A stretch of 64,000 bases of DNA, taken from the NCBI GenBank assembly GCA_963422645.2, contig CAXXVO010000012.1:64001-128000 (forward strand). Reading direction: 5' to 3'. The translations under genes and the position numbers were made by a program. Positions 20,355 to 30,636 of the stretch are shown here, piece by piece; position 1 is the first letter of the stretch, and each line of letters opens with the position of its first letter. This stretch comes from Alphaproteobacteria bacterium. Lineage in GTDB: Bacteria; Pseudomonadota; Alphaproteobacteria; UBA828. The notes beneath the pieces were generated by a model. That model was not told where the DNA came from, did not search any database, and was given only the letters and a program-made list of their open reading frames with translations.

Positions 20355-21503
20355 ATGGCGGATTCGGGAGACGGCACCGCCGCAATCGTTGCAGCGCGGG
20401 AGCGCGAAGAGCGCCTGCGCTCGATCACCCGGACTGCGCCGGACGCCATCGTCATCATCGACGAGAGCGGCACCATCGATACGGTCAACCCGGCGGCGGA
20501 GCGCCTCTTCGGCTATTCCGGTGCCGAGCTGGTCGGCCAGAACGTGAAAATCCTGATGCCCTCGCCCCATCGGGAAGCCCACGACGCCCACCTCGCGCGC
20601 TATCGCGAGACCGGCCAGAGGCGCGTCATCGGTATCGGCCGCGTCGTGGTCGGCAGGCGCAAGGACGGGACGACCTTCCCCGCGCGTCTCGCTATCGGCG
20701 AGATCGAGCTCGACCAGGGGCGGCTCTTCACGGGGTTTCTCCACGACATTACCGAGCGGGAGAACATCCAGCGCCGCGCCGGTATCCTCCAGCAGGAGCT
20801 CATGCACGCCTCGCGGCTCTCCGCCATGGGCGAGATGGCGTCGGGGATCGCGCACGAGCTGAACCAGCCGTTGACGGCCGTCATGAACTACACGAGGGCA
20901 GCGCGGCGGCACCTCGACCGCGCCGAACCGAACCCCGCGTCCATCGCGGACCTCGTGGACAAGGCGGGCCAGCAGGCCGAGCGGGCTGCGGAGATCATCA
21001 AGCGGCTGCGGGGCTTCATCAAGAAGGATGAGAGCGAGCGCCGCCTCGAGCCGATCAACGCGGTCGTGGAGGAGGCGGCGGCGCTGGCCCTGATCGGCGC
21101 GAGCGACCGCGACATCGAGTTGATCTTCTCCCTGGACGATACGCTGCCGCCCGTCCTTATCGACCGCATCGAGGTGCAGCAGGTCGTGCTCAACATCCTG
21201 CGCAACGCGATCGAGGCGTTCGAGGGACCGGACGAGCGAAAGATCCGCATCGCGACCTGGGCAGCCAGCCTCCGGCAAATCCAAGTCGATATCAGGGACA
21301 ATGGCCCTGGCCTGGCGCCCGGCATCGTGGACAATCCCTTCCGCCCCTTCCAGACCACAAAGGAGGACGGCTTGGGGATCGGCCTCGCCATCAGCCGCAC
21401 GATCATCGACGCCCACGGCGGGCGGCTCTGGGCCGAGAACGCGCCGGAGGGTGGTGCCGCCTTCCACTTTCTGCTGCCGGTCGGAGGCGGAGCCGATGAA
21501 TGA
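20355..21503 (+). CDS. fixL: Heme-PAS oxygen-sensor histidine kinase
   Basis: LMPSPHREAHD..IGIGRVVVGRRKDG heme-PAS; AHELNQP H-box. Confidence 0.85.
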   Translation: MADSGDGTAAIVAAREREERLRSITRTAPDAIVIIDESGTIDTVNPAAERLFGYSGAELVGQNVKILMPSPHREAHDAHLARYRETGQRRVIGIGRVVVGRRKDGTTFPARLAIGEIELDQGRLFTGFLHDITERENIQRRAGILQQELMHASRLSAMGEMASGIAHELNQPLTAVMNYTRAARRHLDRAEPNPASIADLVDKAGQQAERAAEIIKRLRGFIKKDESERRLEPINAVVEEAAALALIGASDRDIELIFSLDDTLPPVLIDRIEVQQVVLNILRNAIEAFEGPDERKIRIATWAASLRQIQVDIRDNGPGLAPGIVDNPFRPFQTTKEDGLGIGLAISRTIIDAHGGRLWAENAPEGGAAFHFLLPVGGGADE

Positions 21504-22122
21504 CCGTGCCGCCGCGGTCGCCGTCATCGACGACGATGACGCGGTGCGCGATTCCCTGAGCGCGCTGCTGGAGGCCGCCGGCTACGACGTCGATGCCTAC
21601 GAGTCGGGACAGGCCTTCCTGAACGCGCTGCCCCCGGCCTTGCCCGCCTGCGCCCTCGTCGACGTGCGGATGCCGGAAATGGACGGGCTGGAGCTGCAGC
21701 AGCGGCTGGCCGACGCGGCGCCATCACTGCCCGTCATCATCATCACCGGCCACGGCGACATTGCGATGGCGGTCAGGGCGATCAAGGCCGGCGCCATAGA
21801 TTTCGTCGAAAAGCCGTTCACGGACCGCACCATTCTCGACGGTATCTCGCAGGCCTTGGCATTGCGGGAGGAAACGCTGAGCCGCGAGGCGAGACGCCTC
21901 GACGTCGACCGACGGCTCGACCGGCTGACCGCGCGCGAGCGCGAGGTCTTCGAACGGCTTGTCCGGGGCAGCTCCAACAAGGCCGTCGCCCGCGAGCTTG
22001 GTATCAGCCCACGCACGGTGGAGGTGCACCGCGCGCGGGTGATGGAGAAGCTGCAAGCACCGAGCCTCTCGCATCTGGTCCGCATGGCCATGATCGCACA
22101 GGTGGACATGGGCGATATCTGA
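21496..22122 (+). CDS. fixJ: Response regulator FixJ
   Basis: Receiver domain plus LuxR HTH (ISPRTVEVHRARVMEK). Confidence 0.9.
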   Translation: MNDRAAAVAVIDDDDAVRDSLSALLEAAGYDVDAYESGQAFLNALPPALPACALVDVRMPEMDGLELQQRLADAAPSLPVIIITGHGDIAMAVRAIKAGAIDFVEKPFTDRTILDGISQALALREETLSREARRLDVDRRLDRLTAREREVFERLVRGSSNKAVARELGISPRTVEVHRARVMEKLQAPSLSHLVRMAMIAQVDMGDI

Positions 22123-22157
22123 TCGTCCCACCGCGCGCGCCGGGGCACGGCACCCAC

Positions 22158-22175
22158 GTAAGGGATAGTCCCTAC
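22158..22175 (+). promoter_or_regulatory. Candidate FixJ-binding dyad GTAAGGGATAGTCCCTAC
   Basis: Imperfect palindrome between fixJ and fixK. Confidence 0.55.
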
Positions 22176-22261
22176 GCAACCACCCGAATTACGTAGCGCG
22201 GCAAGAGGCACCACATTCCCTGCCGGAAACCCCGAAACGGACGCGGGGAGGAAGCTCCAGA

Positions 22262-22975
22262 ATGAGGGTTGCCGCGACACATCCAATAGCCGATCCGGTC
22301 GATGCTCGCGCGCCTGGCACGGCGTTCAGCCGGCTAGACACCATTGGCGTGATCAAGCATCTCACCCCCCATGAGTCGCTTGCGCTCGAAGGCGACTCGG
22401 CCGACCGCCTCCACCGCGTCTTGAGCGGCACCATCGCCGGCTACAAGGCGACGGCAGACGGGCGCAGGCAAATCCTGACGTTCTTCTTCCCCGGCGATCT
22501 GGTGGGGCTCACTGTGGGCGAGCACTACGCTTACAGCGCCGAAGCGGTCGATCACGCCAGCGTCCGCTCGGTCCCCCATACACGGCTGAGAGAACTTGCG
22601 GCGCAAACGCCGGCGCTGCAGGAAGGCCTGCTTTCGGCTTTACGCTGGGAGGTAGCGGCGGCGCAGGAAAGGCTTCTCTGGCTTGGACGCAAGACGGCGC
22701 GGGAGCGACTGGCCGGCTTCCTCCTGGAATGCGATGGCCGCATCGGGCAGCGCGACAAGGAAGGACGGCGCTCCGTCCCGTTGCCGATGAGCCAGCTCGA
22801 GATCGGCGACTACCTGGGCCTCGCCTCCGAAACGGTAAGCCGGACTCTCGCCGAGCTGGTGCGCGACGGCGCCATCGACATCGTGCGGCCCTTCGCCGGC
22901 GTCATCATCCGCAACCGCCGCAGCCTCGAAGGGGCAGCAGACGAAAGCGCGCCGCCCGCCAACGCTCAACCCTGA
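22262..22975 (+). CDS. fixK: Crp/Fnr regulator, FixK-like
   Basis: DGRRQI..FPGD, IGDYLGLASETVSR; no Fnr Cys cluster. Confidence 0.75.
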   Translation: MRVAATHPIADPVDARAPGTAFSRLDTIGVIKHLTPHESLALEGDSADRLHRVLSGTIAGYKATADGRRQILTFFFPGDLVGLTVGEHYAYSAEAVDHASVRSVPHTRLRELAAQTPALQEGLLSALRWEVAAAQERLLWLGRKTARERLAGFLLECDGRIGQRDKEGRRSVPLPMSQLEIGDYLGLASETVSRTLAELVRDGAIDIVRPFAGVIIRNRRSLEGAADESAPPANAQP

Positions 22976-23044
22976 AGAGCGGCAGTACGCCGGCCGACGC
23001 CGGACATACTCGGGCCGCGTCCAGCCCAGTGATAGACTCGGACG

Positions 23045-23995
23045 ATGACCGTTCTCCCGTCCCGCATGCTGCGGCTGTTTTCGCTTGCAGCCTGCTTGCT
23101 CGCTCCGGCCGCCGCCTTGGCGGAACCGGACATGCCGTCGCCGGCCGGCGACCAGGAGATCGAACGCAGCGCCGCCATGGCCCTCCGGCTTAGGGCAACG
23201 CCGGACGCCGGCGTGGAGGGCCGGTCCGTTCTGCTCACCATGGCGGTTCAGGGTCACGCGTCGTCCCAATACCAGTTGGGGCTCATGCTCCTCGAAGGTA
23301 GGGGAATCGATCGCGACCATGCGGGGGGCGTTCAATGGCTGGAGCGCGCCGCGTCCCGGGGCCACGAGGGCGCACTTGCCCACCTTACCGGGATGGCCGC
23401 GCGCGGCGACGTGGCGGCGCACCTCGCCCTCGGCTTGATCGCACGCGACCACGCCCGCAGCGGCAGGGCGACCATGCGGCACTTGGGCGCAGCCGCGGCG
23501 GCCGGCGATCCGCAAGGGCTGCTTGCGCTCGGCGAGCTCTACCGAGCAGGCGATGCGCTCGAGACCGACGAGGCCTACGCCGCCATCCTGTTCCGCGCCG
23601 CTGCGGAAGCCGCCATGAATGCGGTGCAGCGCGCGCGGCAGGAGGCAACAGCCGGCATCCTCGGCCCTGACTCCGACGAATGGCTGGAGGTCGCCGTTGG
23701 CCGCACGCGCGCCGCGCATGCCTCCCCACCCGGGCGCGACGCCGATCAATCGGAATTCTTCGCACGCTACTGGGTCGGGCTGGCGCTCCTAGTCGGCGCC
23801 GGTACGAAGGTCGACACGCCGCGCGGCATTGCCCAACACCGCGCTGCTGCCGAGCGCGGTTTCGATCTCGCCGAGTACAGCTTGGGGCTGCTCTACGAGC
23901 GGGGCCATGGCCTGCCCCGCGACCTCGATAGTGCGCGGCACTGGTTGGCTCGTGCGGCGGCCCACGGCCACCCGCTTGCCGACCTGGCGCTATAG
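23045..23995 (+). CDS. Sel1-repeat secreted protein
   Basis: Signal peptide; QYQLGLM..GRG, YSLGLLYERGHG repeats. Confidence 0.8.
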   Translation: MTVLPSRMLRLFSLAACLLAPAAALAEPDMPSPAGDQEIERSAAMALRLRATPDAGVEGRSVLLTMAVQGHASSQYQLGLMLLEGRGIDRDHAGGVQWLERAASRGHEGALAHLTGMAARGDVAAHLALGLIARDHARSGRATMRHLGAAAAAGDPQGLLALGELYRAGDALETDEAYAAILFRAAAEAAMNAVQRARQEATAGILGPDSDEWLEVAVGRTRAAHASPPGRDADQSEFFARYWVGLALLVGAGTKVDTPRGIAQHRAAAERGFDLAEYSLGLLYERGHGLPRDLDSARHWLARAAAHGHPLADLAL

Positions 23996-23999
23996 GAGA

Positions 24000-24425
24000 T
24001 CAGCCGTCGCGGTGGGTGCGTTCGTGGCGCTCGTGGCGCTCTTGCGCCGCGAGACTGAGCGTCGCGATGGGGCGGGCTTCTAGTCGGCGGATGCTGATGG
24101 GCTCAGCGGTTTCCTCGCAAAAGCCGTAGCAGCCGTCGTCGATGCGCTGCAGCGCAGCCTCGATCTTCGAGATCAGCTTGCGCGCGCGGTCTCGGGTGCG
24201 AAGCTGAACCGATCGCTCGGATTCGACGGCGGCGCGATCCGCCAGGTCGGGCTCCTGGCTGGTATCGAGCTTGAGCTTCTCGAGGGTCGCATCGGTTTCG
24301 TCGAGGATGTCCTGCCGCCACATTTCCAGCTTGCGCCGGAAATACTCCCGCATCCGCGGCGACATGAACTCCTCTTTGCTCGTCGGCTTGTACTTGGCCG
24401 GGAGCTCTTCTCGATTCTGCGCCAC
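24000..24425 (-). CDS. dksA: RNA polymerase-binding protein DksA
   Basis: YKP..EEFM, DLADRA, RRLEARPIATLS. Confidence 0.92.
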   Translation of the reverse strand: MAQNREELPAKYKPTSKEEFMSPRMREYFRRKLEMWRQDILDETDATLEKLKLDTSQEPDLADRAAVESERSVQLRTRDRARKLISKIEAALQRIDDGCYGFCEETAEPISIRRLEARPIATLSLAAQERHERHERTHRDG

Positions 24426-24687
24426 TGCCCTGCCGTATTCCCCTTGAAATGGGCGCGGAGTATAGAAATGCACCAGCGTCTCGGCAAGGCATTCTGACGC
24501 CCTCTCCCGACCGGGATTGCGATTTCGGCATGAGGTGAATTCACATTTTATTTCAATGAGATATATTGACATCTCGACGTAGTCTGGAGCGCCTCAGCGC
24601 CCGAAATGGTCGACACAGCGTCGTGCGGCTATCATGCGGAAGCCGCAGGCGGTTGCCCGCGGTGACAGATGGGTGAGAGGGGAGCCA

Positions 24688-24885
24688 ATGGTCTACGGAC
24701 TTGCGCCAGGCGACTGGGTCAGGAACCCGCAGGCGCCGGACTGGGGGCTCGGGCAGGTGCAGTCCGTGATTGGCGACCGGGTGACGGCCAACTTCGAGAA
24801 TGCGGGCAAGCGCCTGATCAACGCCGCCGTGGTCAGCCTCACGAAGGTCGAAGCGCCCGCGCCGCTCAACGAGGAGGCGTTCTGA
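24688..24885 (+). CDS. DUF3553-like small protein
   Basis: PDWGLGQVQSVIG..VTANFENAGK. Confidence 0.75.
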   Translation: MVYGLAPGDWVRNPQAPDWGLGQVQSVIGDRVTANFENAGKRLINAAVVSLTKVEAPAPLNEEAF

Positions 24886-25033
24886 GCAACCCGCTTCGCT
24901 GCTCTGTGGCGCCGGCCGGGTCACCGACGTTCAAACTAGGTCTCGACCCTTGCCCGGCTAGGTGTTAGGCATCGGTGCCAGTTCGGCGCAGTGACCGCCG
25001 ATTGCGGCGGCAGAATCCATTTGAGGAGTGTAG

Positions 25034-26734
25034 GTGGCTTTTTCGGGCGGAACTCAGGCTCCCAGACACCCGGGTAGTGGGCGGCGCAAGGCGCGCTACA
25101 TCGAGAAAGGCCGGCAAGTCGATCCCGCGGCGCAGGACGAGATCCGTACGCTGCTGGGGGACGAGCCGCGACGCCGCGACCTGCTGATCGAGCACCTGCA
25201 CACGATCCAGGACCGTTACGGCTGCCTCTCCGCCCGTCATCTCGCGGCACTGGCGGCCGAGATGCGCCTCGCCATGGCCGAGGTCTACGAGGTTGCGACC
25301 TTCTACGCCCACTTCGACGTCGTGATGGAGGGCGAGAGCCCGCCCCCGCCGCTCACGGTTCGGGTCTGCGACAGCCTTACCTGCGAATGTCTCGGCGCGC
25401 CCGCACTGCTGGATTCGCTCCCCGGCGCCGCAGGCGATGCCGTAAGAGTGGTACGGGCGCCCTGCATGGGGCGCTGCGAGGAGGCACCGGTGGCCGAGGT
25501 CGGCCATCGCCACGTCACCGGGGCGACCGTCGACTCGATCCTTGCCTGCATCGAGGGAGGGGACCATTCGCCGGCCATTCCGGCTTACGTCGATTTCGCG
25601 GCTTACGTCGCGGGCGGCGGCTACGCGGTGCTCAAGGAATGCCTCTCGGGCGCGCGGTCCGTCGACGACGTGATCGCGGCACTGGAGGGGAGTGGCCTCA
25701 AGGGTAAAGGCGGCGCGGGCTTCCCGACCGGGCGCAAGTGGCGCTTCGTCCGCGCCGAGGCCGGTCCCCGGCTGATGGCGGTGAACGCGGACGAAGGCGA
25801 GCCCGGCACCATCAAGGACCGGGTCTACATGGAACAGGACCCGCACCGCTTTCTCGAAGGCACGCTGATCGCCGGTTGGGCGGTGGAAGCCGCCGAGTGC
25901 TACATCTACCTGCGCGACGAGTATCCCGGCATCCGCGAGGTGCTGCTGGAAGAGATCGCGAAGCTCGACGCTGGGGGCCTTACGGCACAGACCAAACTCA
26001 TCCTCCGCCGGGGTGCGGGCGCCTATATCTGTGGCGAGGAGTCCGCGAAGCTGGAGAGCATCGAGGGCAAGCGGGGAGAGCCCCGGCACAAGCCCCCCTT
26101 CCCCTCCCAGGTCGGTCTCTGGGGCAGGCCCACGCTCATCAACAACGTCGAAACGCTCCACTGGGTGCGCGACATACTGGAGCACGGGCCGCACTGGTTC
26201 GCAGACGAAGGCCGCAACGGGCGCTCCGGCTTTCACAGTTTCTCGGTGTCAGGCCGGGTGAAGGAGCCGGGAGTCAAGCGCGCGCCGGCGGGCATCACCA
26301 TGAACGAGCTGCTGGCCGAATACTGCGGCGGCATGGCCGAGGGCCACACTTTCCGCGCCTACCTGCCCGGCGGCGCCTCAGGCGGCATCCTGCCCGCCTC
26401 GATGGCCGACCTGCCTCTCGACTTCGGCACCCTCGAGGAGCACGGCTGCTTCATTGGCTCGGCAGCGGTCGTGGTGCTCTCCGACAAGGACGACTTGAAG
26501 AGCGCGGCACTCAACCTGATGCGCTTCTTCGAAGACGAGAGCTGCGGGCAGTGCACGCCCTGCCGCGTCGGCACCGAGAAGGCGGTCGGGCTGATGGGCA
26601 ACGGACACTGGGATGCGCCGCTCCTGCGCGAGCTGAGTGCCGCCATGGCCGACGCCTCGATTTGCGGACTTGGACAGGCGGCGCCGAACCCGCTGCTCTC
26701 CATCCTGCGCTACTTCCCGGAGGAGCTCGCATGA
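25034..26734 (+). CDS. NAD-dependent formate dehydrogenase beta subunit (NuoE/NuoF-like fusion)
   Basis: GGAGFPTG, NADEGEPG, GAYICGEE, CGQCTPCR. Confidence 0.9.
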   Translation: MAFSGGTQAPRHPGSGRRKARYIEKGRQVDPAAQDEIRTLLGDEPRRRDLLIEHLHTIQDRYGCLSARHLAALAAEMRLAMAEVYEVATFYAHFDVVMEGESPPPPLTVRVCDSLTCECLGAPALLDSLPGAAGDAVRVVRAPCMGRCEEAPVAEVGHRHVTGATVDSILACIEGGDHSPAIPAYVDFAAYVAGGGYAVLKECLSGARSVDDVIAALEGSGLKGKGGAGFPTGRKWRFVRAEAGPRLMAVNADEGEPGTIKDRVYMEQDPHRFLEGTLIAGWAVEAAECYIYLRDEYPGIREVLLEEIAKLDAGGLTAQTKLILRRGAGAYICGEESAKLESIEGKRGEPRHKPPFPSQVGLWGRPTLINNVETLHWVRDILEHGPHWFADEGRNGRSGFHSFSVSGRVKEPGVKRAPAGITMNELLAEYCGGMAEGHTFRAYLPGGASGGILPASMADLPLDFGTLEEHGCFIGSAAVVVLSDKDDLKSAALNLMRFFEDESCGQCTPCRVGTEKAVGLMGNGHWDAPLLRELSAAMADASICGLGQAAPNPLLSILRYFPEELA

Positions 26735-29487
26735 GCGACGTGATCCGCTTCACGCTCGACGGCCGGGCCGTTACTGCACAGCCGGACGAGACCATCTGGC
26801 AGGTCGCCAAGCGGACCGGGATCGACATTCCCCATCTCTGCTACACGCCCGAGCCCGGCTACCGGCCCGACGGCAACTGTCGGGTCTGCATGGTGGAGAT
26901 CGAAGGCGAGCGGGTGCTTGCGGCCTCCTGCATCCGCAAGCCGGCGGATGGGATGGTGGTCCGCGTCGATGCGGAGCGTGCGGTGCGCTCCCGCGACATG
27001 GTGATGGAGCTGCTGCTCGCCGATCAGCCTCCGCCAGAGTCCAGCCACGACCCGTCCTGCGAGCTTTGGGATTGGGCGGGAACGATGGGGCTTTCGACGA
27101 GTCGCTTCGAAGCGCGGCAGTCCCCGACACCCGACCTCAGCCATACGGCGATGGCGGTCAACCTCGATGCCTGCATCCACTGCACGCGCTGCGTGCGCGC
27201 CTGCCGCGAAGTGCAGGTCAACGACGTGATCGGCATGGCAGGCCGGGGCGCGCGCAACAAGATCGTCTTCGACTTCGACGATCCGATGGGCGAGAGCACC
27301 TGCGTCGCCTGCGGCGAGTGCGTCCAAGCCTGCCCCACCGGCGCGCTGATGCCCGCCAAGGAGGTCGGCAAGGAGGAGCCCGCCAAGCAGGTCGACAGCG
27401 TCTGCCCCTATTGCGGCGTCGGCTGCCAGCTCACCTTCAACGTCAAGGACAACAAGATTCTCTGGGTGGACGGCAGGGACGGCCCGGCCAACCACGGCAG
27501 GCTCTGCGTCAAGGGCCGCTTCGGCTTCGACTACGTCAATCACCGGCACCGGCTGACCACGCCGTTGATCCGCCGGGAAGACGCACCGAAGTCGGCCGAT
27601 ATCGACATAGACCCGGCGAATCCCTTTGCCCACTTCAGGGAAGCCAGCTGGGACGAAGCACTCGAAGCAGCAGCGGCGGGCTTGCGGCAGATTCGCGACC
27701 GGCACGGCGCGAGCGCGCTCGCCGGCTTCGGCTCCGCCAAGGGCTCGAACGAAGAGGCCTATCTCTTCCAGAAGCTCGTGCGTGCGGGTTTCGGCACCAA
27801 CAACGTCGATCACTGCACCAGGCTCTGCCACGCCTCGTCGGTGGCGGCGCTGCTGGAATGCATCGGCTCCGGCGCGGTCACCGCCAGCTTCAATCAGGTC
27901 GAGCATTCCGACCTCATCATCGTGATTGGCGCCCAGCCGACCACGAACCATCCGGTGGCCGCCACCTTCTTCAAGAACGCGGCGAAACGCGGGGCGAAAC
28001 TGATCGTGATCGACCCGCGCGGCTCGGCGCTCGCCCGCCACGCGAGCCACTTCCTCCAGTTCAAGCCCGGCACTGACGTTGCTCTGCTCAACGCGCTGAT
28101 GCACGTCATCGTCGAGGAAGAGCTTTACGACCGGCAATACGTCTCGGCCCATACGGAAGGGTTCGAGCAGCTGAGAGCCCACCTCAAGGACTACGCGCCG
28201 GAGGAGATGGGGCCGCTCTGCGGCATCGAGCCCGACGTGCTGCGCGAGGTCGCGCGCCTCTACGGACGTGCCGAGGCGGCGATCATCTTCTGGGGCATGG
28301 GCATCTCCCAGCACATCCACGGCACCGACAATGCGCGCTGCCTGATCTCGCTGGCGCTGATCGCGGGACAGGTGGGCCGCCCCGGCACCGGCCTGCACCC
28401 GCTGCGCGGGCAGAACAACGTGCAGGGCGCCTCCGACGCCGGGCTGATTCCGATGATGTACCCCGACTACCAGCGGGTGACCGACCCCACCCGGCGCGAG
28501 CAGTTCTCGGATTTCTGGGAGGCCGAGCTCGACCCCAACGCCGGCCTCACCGTGGTCGAGATCATGAACGCCGCCCACGAGGGCCAGGTCAAGGGCATGT
28601 ACATCATGGGTGAGAACCCGGCGATGTCGGACCCCAACCTGCGGCATGTGCGCCAAGCGCTGGCCTCGCTCGACCATCTCGTCATCCAGGAGCTCTTCCT
28701 CACCGAGACCGCCTGGCATGCCGACGTGGTGCTGCCGGCCTCGGCATGGCCGGAGAAGGACGGCACGGTCACCAATACCAACCGCCAGGTCCAGATGGGC
28801 CGCGTCGCGCTCACCGCGCCCGGCGGCGTCAAGCAAGACTGGTGGATCATCCAGGAACTCGCGCGCCGCATCGGGCTCGACTGGGATTATGACAGCCCGG
28901 CCGATGTCTTCGCCGAGATGAAGGGCTGCATGCCCTCGCTCGACAACATCAGTTGGGAGAGGCTGCGCCGCGAAGGCGGCGTGACCTATCCCTGCGAGGG
29001 CGAGGACGAGCCCGGCCGCGACGTGATCTTCGAGGACGGTTATCCGACCCCGAGCAAGCGCGGCAAGCTCGTGCCCGCCGGGATCGTGCCGCCGGACGAG
29101 ACGCCCGACGACGAGTTCCCCATGGTGCTGACCACCGGCCGCATGCTCGAGCATTGGCACACGGGCGCGATGACCCGGCGCGCCACGGTGCTCGACCACC
29201 TGGAGCCCGAAGCGGTCGCCCATCTCGCGCCGGCGGAGCTGGAGCGCATGCACATCGAGCCGGGCGCGCCGATCACGGTGGAGACCCGGCGGGGCGCCAT
29301 CGGCCTTCGCGCCCGCGCCGATGCCGGGGTGCCTGCCGGGGTGGTCTTCGTCCCCTTCTGCTTCGCCGAGGCCGCCAGCAACATGCTGACCAACCCGGCC
29401 CTCGACCCCTTCGGCAAGATTCCCGAGTTCAAGTACTGCGCCGCCCGCGTCACCCCGGCAGAAGCCCCTGCCGAAGCGGCTGAGTAG
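26731..29487 (+). CDS. fdhF: Formate dehydrogenase alpha subunit (Cys type)
   Basis: Fe-S motifs, CPYCGVGC, HCTRLCH, RGQNNVQG, KIPEFK. Confidence 0.92.
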   Translation: MSDVIRFTLDGRAVTAQPDETIWQVAKRTGIDIPHLCYTPEPGYRPDGNCRVCMVEIEGERVLAASCIRKPADGMVVRVDAERAVRSRDMVMELLLADQPPPESSHDPSCELWDWAGTMGLSTSRFEARQSPTPDLSHTAMAVNLDACIHCTRCVRACREVQVNDVIGMAGRGARNKIVFDFDDPMGESTCVACGECVQACPTGALMPAKEVGKEEPAKQVDSVCPYCGVGCQLTFNVKDNKILWVDGRDGPANHGRLCVKGRFGFDYVNHRHRLTTPLIRREDAPKSADIDIDPANPFAHFREASWDEALEAAAAGLRQIRDRHGASALAGFGSAKGSNEEAYLFQKLVRAGFGTNNVDHCTRLCHASSVAALLECIGSGAVTASFNQVEHSDLIIVIGAQPTTNHPVAATFFKNAAKRGAKLIVIDPRGSALARHASHFLQFKPGTDVALLNALMHVIVEEELYDRQYVSAHTEGFEQLRAHLKDYAPEEMGPLCGIEPDVLREVARLYGRAEAAIIFWGMGISQHIHGTDNARCLISLALIAGQVGRPGTGLHPLRGQNNVQGASDAGLIPMMYPDYQRVTDPTRREQFSDFWEAELDPNAGLTVVEIMNAAHEGQVKGMYIMGENPAMSDPNLRHVRQALASLDHLVIQELFLTETAWHADVVLPASAWPEKDGTVTNTNRQVQMGRVALTAPGGVKQDWWIIQELARRIGLDWDYDSPADVFAEMKGCMPSLDNISWERLRREGGVTYPCEGEDEPGRDVIFEDGYPTPSKRGKLVPAGIVPPDETPDDEFPMVLTTGRMLEHWHTGAMTRRATVLDHLEPEAVAHLAPAELERMHIEPGAPITVETRRGAIGLRARADAGVPAGVVFVPFCFAEAASNMLTNPALDPFGKIPEFKYCAARVTPAEAPAEAAE

Positions 29488-29556
29488 GACTTGGCGCGAA
29501 TATCATCGCGGCGCCGCATGACCGCCTGAGCCTGCCGCAGGGGTCAACCCAAGGCC

Positions 29557-29800
29557 CCGGAACATGGTGCGGTGCACAGCGCACGCCGCCAGCCTCAGTG
29601 TCGCGCCATGAGGCACAAGAGAGAGCGGGCCGAGGCAGGCGGAGCCGGCATGAGCGGGAGCTCGTCGCTGGGGCGGCTGCGTCCCGCACTTCGCTCTAAC
29701 GCCGTCGACGCCCCTATCAAGGACAGCGGCGGCGGCGACTCGGGACTCCCGCTTATCTCGCCAAATCCCGGCGAATCCCGCAGAAGAAATTGTGTCGCCG
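29557..29800 (+). pseudogene. Internally deleted DUF3486-like cassette with palindromic upstream site
   Basis: CCGGAACATGGTGCGG 35 nt before ATG 29608; MSGSSSLGRLRPALR resembles GGRSSIDRLPSKLR. Confidence 0.55.
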
Positions 29801-29898
29801 TCTCACTCCGTGCGCGACAAGCAGGGCATGACGCAGGCCGCAACGGTGTTGAGAAAGCCAGGTCGGGGACGGCGGCGGGTCGGTGCCCGCCCACTCAT

Positions 29899-30636
29899 TT
29901 ACGACGGACCACCCCGGCCGGAGAGAGGCACGACCGTCGTGGAGACGGCTTCGGCGGGAACATTCTCGTCGGACTCTTCGGCGTCATCAGGCGCACACCC
30001 GGCCTCCTCCCCCAAGGGCAGTCGAGCGGGCGCTTCGCCTGCCCCCTCCGCCTCAGGATCGGCGCTCTCCAACAACCCGGCGGCCTCCAGCTCGTCGACG
30101 CCGGGAAGGTCGTCGAGGCTCTCCAGCCCAAAATGTTCCATGAATGCCGGCGTGGTGACCCAGGTCACGGGGCGGCCCGGCGTGCGCCGGCGCCCCTTGG
30201 GCGCGATCCAGCCGGCTTCCAGCAGGATGTCGAGCGTGCCCCGCCCCAGGTGGACGCCCCTAATCTCCTCCACCTCCGCCCGCGTCACCGGCTGGTGGTA
30301 GGCGATGATCGCGAGCGTTTCCAGGGCCGCGCGAGAGAGGCGGCGGCGGACGACTCGGTGCACGGCCAAGTGATCGGCCAAGTCCGCTGCGGTGCGGAAG
30401 GTCCAGCCGCCCGCGACCTTCGCAAGCTGGATACCGCGGTGCTCGTAGTAGGCGGCAAGCGCTGCGAGCTCCGCCTCGATATCGGTGCCCTCCGGCACTT
30501 GCGCCGCGAGCGCCGCGGCATCGACCGGCCGGCCGGCCGCGAAGATCATGGCCTCCATGATGCGGCGTGCGTGGGCCGCACGCTCCTCATCCTCGGTGGG
30601 CTCTGCGGACAGCGACGCTTCGTGGGGTTCGGTCAT
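29899..30636 (-). CDS. scpB: SMC-Scp subunit ScpB
   Basis: LSRAALETLAIIAYHQPVTRAEVEEIRGV. Confidence 0.95.
   Translation of the reverse strand: MTEPHEASLSAEPTEDEERAAHARRIMEAMIFAAGRPVDAAALAAQVPEGTDIEAELAALAAYYEHRGIQLAKVAGGWTFRTAADLADHLAVHRVVRRRLSRAALETLAIIAYHQPVTRAEVEEIRGVHLGRGTLDILLEAGWIAPKGRRRTPGRPVTWVTTPAFMEHFGLESLDDLPGVDELEAAGLLESADPEAEGAGEAPARLPLGEEAGCAPDDAEESDENVPAEAVSTTVVPLSGRGGPS

Noticed and set aside
25738-26730. 1249-aa formate dehydrogenase alpha with N-terminal extension
   Set aside because: Overlaps the beta gene; the true start is ATG 26731.
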